From: Carcharhinus amblyrhynchos
Taxonomy: Eukaryota
Direction of reading: 5' to 3'
Assembly (NCBI GenBank): GCA_965287045.1
Contig: OZ336881.1
Span: 46,314,001 to 46,378,000 of the forward strand
DNA: 64,000 nt
Part shown: piece by piece, positions 61,206 to 64,000 of the stretch
Position numbering within the stretch: position 1 is the stretch's first letter
Layout of the letters: the number at the start of each line of letters is the position of its first letter
Translations under genes and position numbers: made by a program
Notes under the pieces: generated by a model
What the model was told of the DNA's origin: nothing
Seen by the model: only the letters and a program-made list of their open reading frames with translations
Databases searched by the model: none

Positions 61206-61308
61206 CCAGTGGCAACTCTCTGCGTGGTCAACAAAATGATTCACGGACTGCACTCAGAATCCTGCTGGGTCGCCTGTGACCCCCAAGCTGCAGGTTGCCA
61301 ATCAGTGG
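61206..61308. mobile_element. possible hAT (Charlie-like) MITE remnant
   Basis: CAGTGGCAAC...GCTGCAGGTTGCCAATCAGTG resembles hAT non-autonomous ends. Confidence 0.35.
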
Positions 61309-61642
61309 CATATAGGAAATGCATTAGAAGCTCCTTCATGTGATCCTTTTTTTGTAATTTCCAAAGTTGATGAAACCAACTGAATCAGGAAATAATATTT
61401 TCAGATTTTATTGTTGTTGGAGTGTCCAGTGCACTTTAAAAGCACAATTCCTGTCAATTTTTCAATAACAACTGAAACACACATCCTAATTAAAAGACAG
61501 GCACTGCATTACCATGCAATGCAAAATGGAAATCCGGATTTTATTTTCACAAAACAATAGTCCTATAAAAGAAAGATTTCCTCTGATTGTTGTGTTCTTT
61601 GGACAACATGAGTTGATCTTTAACATTAAGTTGCTCTTTCTC

Positions 61643-61781
61643 TACACCCTAGTTGTAACACTACATGCGGCACACTCTCGTTCCCTTCGCTATGAATGGT
61701 ATACTTCGTCTGTATAGCACACAAGAAACATTTCTTTTCACTGTATCCTAATACATGTAACAATAATAAATCAAATCAAAA
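61643..61781 (+). mobile_element. Rex1/Babar LINE 3' tail
   Basis: CTTTTCACTGTATCCTAATACATGTAACAATAATAAATCAAATCAAA is the same tail as at 36167-36210 (reverse strand). Confidence 0.75.
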
Positions 61782-62074
61782 ATATAGGATGACTTTTCTT
61801 GACCGCTATTTCTGGCAACATTATTGACCCAATTAGGAACAATGTGTCCATGATTTTATTAGGAATACTGAACAAGGGAACCTTTTGAACAAATTTATCA
61901 GATCTCCACAAATTAGGAACAGGTGAATTTTTACTTCAGGGTCTAAACTGTCAACTCTCATCAGCTAAGGGGATGTGAAGATGTATTGGCACCGAGCACT
62001 AAACTTCCGCTGGCATGAGCAGAATAATTGATTCACCAAAGGAGTGAACAAAGATATTCCTATTGAACAGAGGC

Positions 62075-63515
62075 TGCTTAGTTAAGGGACTAGTTTGGTG
62101 GACATGACATTAGAAGCAATCAAAAAGATTGGTGCTTAAGATAGAAAGGGATGAGATAATTGATAAACTCATCAAATTTAAGAGAGGATAAACCCCTGAC
62201 CTGAATTGATTGCTTCCATGCATAATAAAGAAGTTGGGAAGGAGATAATTAAACACTATTACATATATCATGTCAACTGACTGACAGCTAAAATTGTTCT
62301 TATTTTCAAAAAGGGTGAGAGAATAAAGGAAGTCTGGTGGCACTATGATAGCAGCCCCTATCTCTGGGCCAGATGCTCTTGAGTTCAAGTTCCACTTCAG
62401 AATTTGATGGCCACAGAAAGTACATTCATAAGCTGGCCAAACAGACCTGTAAATCCTAATATGTCTGTTGACAATTGGTAACAGTGGAATTTTTTTTTCT
62501 GGTGCTTAACCAGTTAAAGAGACTGATCTGGCAAGTGTTCTTCAGTTTAAAATAAAAGGGGTGAGTTTTTGTTGAGTAAAAAACCCACTGAGGAAAGATT
62601 TTTAAACATTTAAAAAGGTTTCACAACACTTTCACAACACCAACATTTTAATAACACACACACCTTTCCAGTAGCTAGTTACTTTCTTAGCTAAATTAAA
62701 GTTCAATGCAAAAGGACAAAAAAGGAGAGTTTTGAGTGTTATTGAGTCCTTTTCTAAAGCCTTTTTTTGATCTCTTCTAATCTTCCTTTTCTTCTTTTCC
62801 AAGTTATGGGCCCTATCTCTACAGTTTAAAAAATTAGCATATGAGAGGTGGTGAATTTCTATTGAAAGGAACTTCAGGTTTAAAAATCGTCAACTGTTGG
62901 AAAAGACAGATTGTAATTTATAAAGGATTTGTCTCCGACAACTGTAATTTTCAATGGGCTTCAACTCCTGAAATCTCAAGACACTGTGGTGAAAAATCTT
63001 CTGCAACCACAGGTATCAGGAAAGGATTCCTGAACAGTGAACTCTCTATATTTTTTCTTTTTGCGTTGAACTTTAATTCAGCTGAGAAAGTAACTGGCTA
63101 CTGGAAAGGTGTGTGCATTTGGAAGTGTTTGTGTTGTGTACATGGGTCTACCTTTTTAATTTTAAACTTTACCTGAGTTGGTTCTTCATTCAGTAAAAAC
63201 TCACCCTTTTTGTTTTAAACTGAGGAATGGTTGCCAGATCAGTTCTTTTCAATCAGCACATAAATGGTTAAGTACAGGCATTGAGTAAGTACCTTCATCC
63301 ACACTAAATTCACAAAATAAATCCTGTTACAGTGAGACTTGGAATGATATAATCGGGGGAATAATTTTTACATTGCCATAACAACAAATAATAAAGAGTG
63401 GGCGAGGGCAACTAGTTGATGAATTTTCAAAGGCCTTTGATAAAAGTACCACATAGTAAACTCATAACTAAGGCTAGATTATATGAAACTAGGGAACAAT
63501 AGCAGAACGATTCAC
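62075..63515 (+). mobile_element. old CR1 ORF2 relic interrupted by a SINE head (~62335-62445) and a foldback element
   Basis: 62150-62250 resembles the region before RT (EDK.P.PD...CIIKKLG/EVGKEI); 63420-63480 gives F(Q)KAFDK/VPHSKLITK. Confidence 0.6.
62477..63331. repeat. long degenerate inverted repeat (foldback/MITE-like element)
   Basis: Arms ~62499-62755 and ~63020-63277. The core CACACCTTTCCAGTAGCTAGTTACTTTCTTAGCTAAATTAAAGTTCAATGCAAAA matches the reverse complement of ~63059-63113 with 4 mismatches. Confidence 0.85.
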
Positions 63516-64000
63516 GGAATTCCGGAATTGTTACAGTGCAGGCTAGCAGTACAGTGAGCAAAGAACTAGCAGTGACATTACTCCTCTTTCCCTACCTCCA
63601 ATTAGATGAAATGGACAAGCTGGAGATTAGCTATTACTTTTTTTTCCATATCAGAGCAATTATTTTTAATAGTTTAAGATCTTATGCAGTAAATTGAAGA
63701 AAAATAATTATTTTCTGGTTGTCCATATTTCATTTTTAGAGAATTTGAAATGCAGTGTCAAATCTAGATAGATTTGCAATTGGGGTCTGCTTTAATGATT
63801 AACTTAGTTCCTGTCGCATTTGTGTCCATTTGGAATTGGATATTATTCAAAACCATTCAAAATAAACAGGTTCCCACTCCCAACAATGAAACATGCCTGA
63901 AGTTACAAATTGATATGTCTGGGATTCCAGAATTTGAACAATGCTGAATTAAATCTGAAGGTTGTGTTCAGAATGTTCTGATGTCCTTTGTTCTTAGTTT

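Noticed and set aside
1-64000. CRISPR arrays, operons, rRNA or other prokaryotic systems
   Set aside because: No regularly spaced repeats, gene-dense ORFs or rRNA-like sequence; the repeat content marks this as vertebrate genomic DNA.

Overview
This is vertebrate non-coding DNA, almost certainly elasmobranch (shark). It carries HE1-type V-SINEs, HER1/CR1 LINEs and SacSINE1-like DeuSINEs. I see no recognisable host protein-coding gene, RNA gene or prokaryotic system, so the window reads as a large intron or gene desert. It is dominated by decayed mobile elements: CR1, L2, Rex1/Babar, RTE, possibly L1/Tx1, Penelope-type ends, and PIF/Harbinger transposase relics with many related MITEs. These are interleaved with repeat-free, AT-rich blocks that may hold conserved non-coding elements. 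Only one long ORF has clear homology: a 5'-truncated CR1 reverse transcriptase at 57277-58137. The most interesting structures are a twin-priming-like inverted RTE insertion, a micro-inversion recorded inside a CR1, fossil minimal hammerhead ribozymes in Penelope-type ends, a ~0.8 kb foldback element, two V-SINE subfamilies with different LINE tails, and two strong isolated hairpins. I found no convincing novel biological system. Family assignments come from motif recall, not database searches, and most boundaries are approximate.
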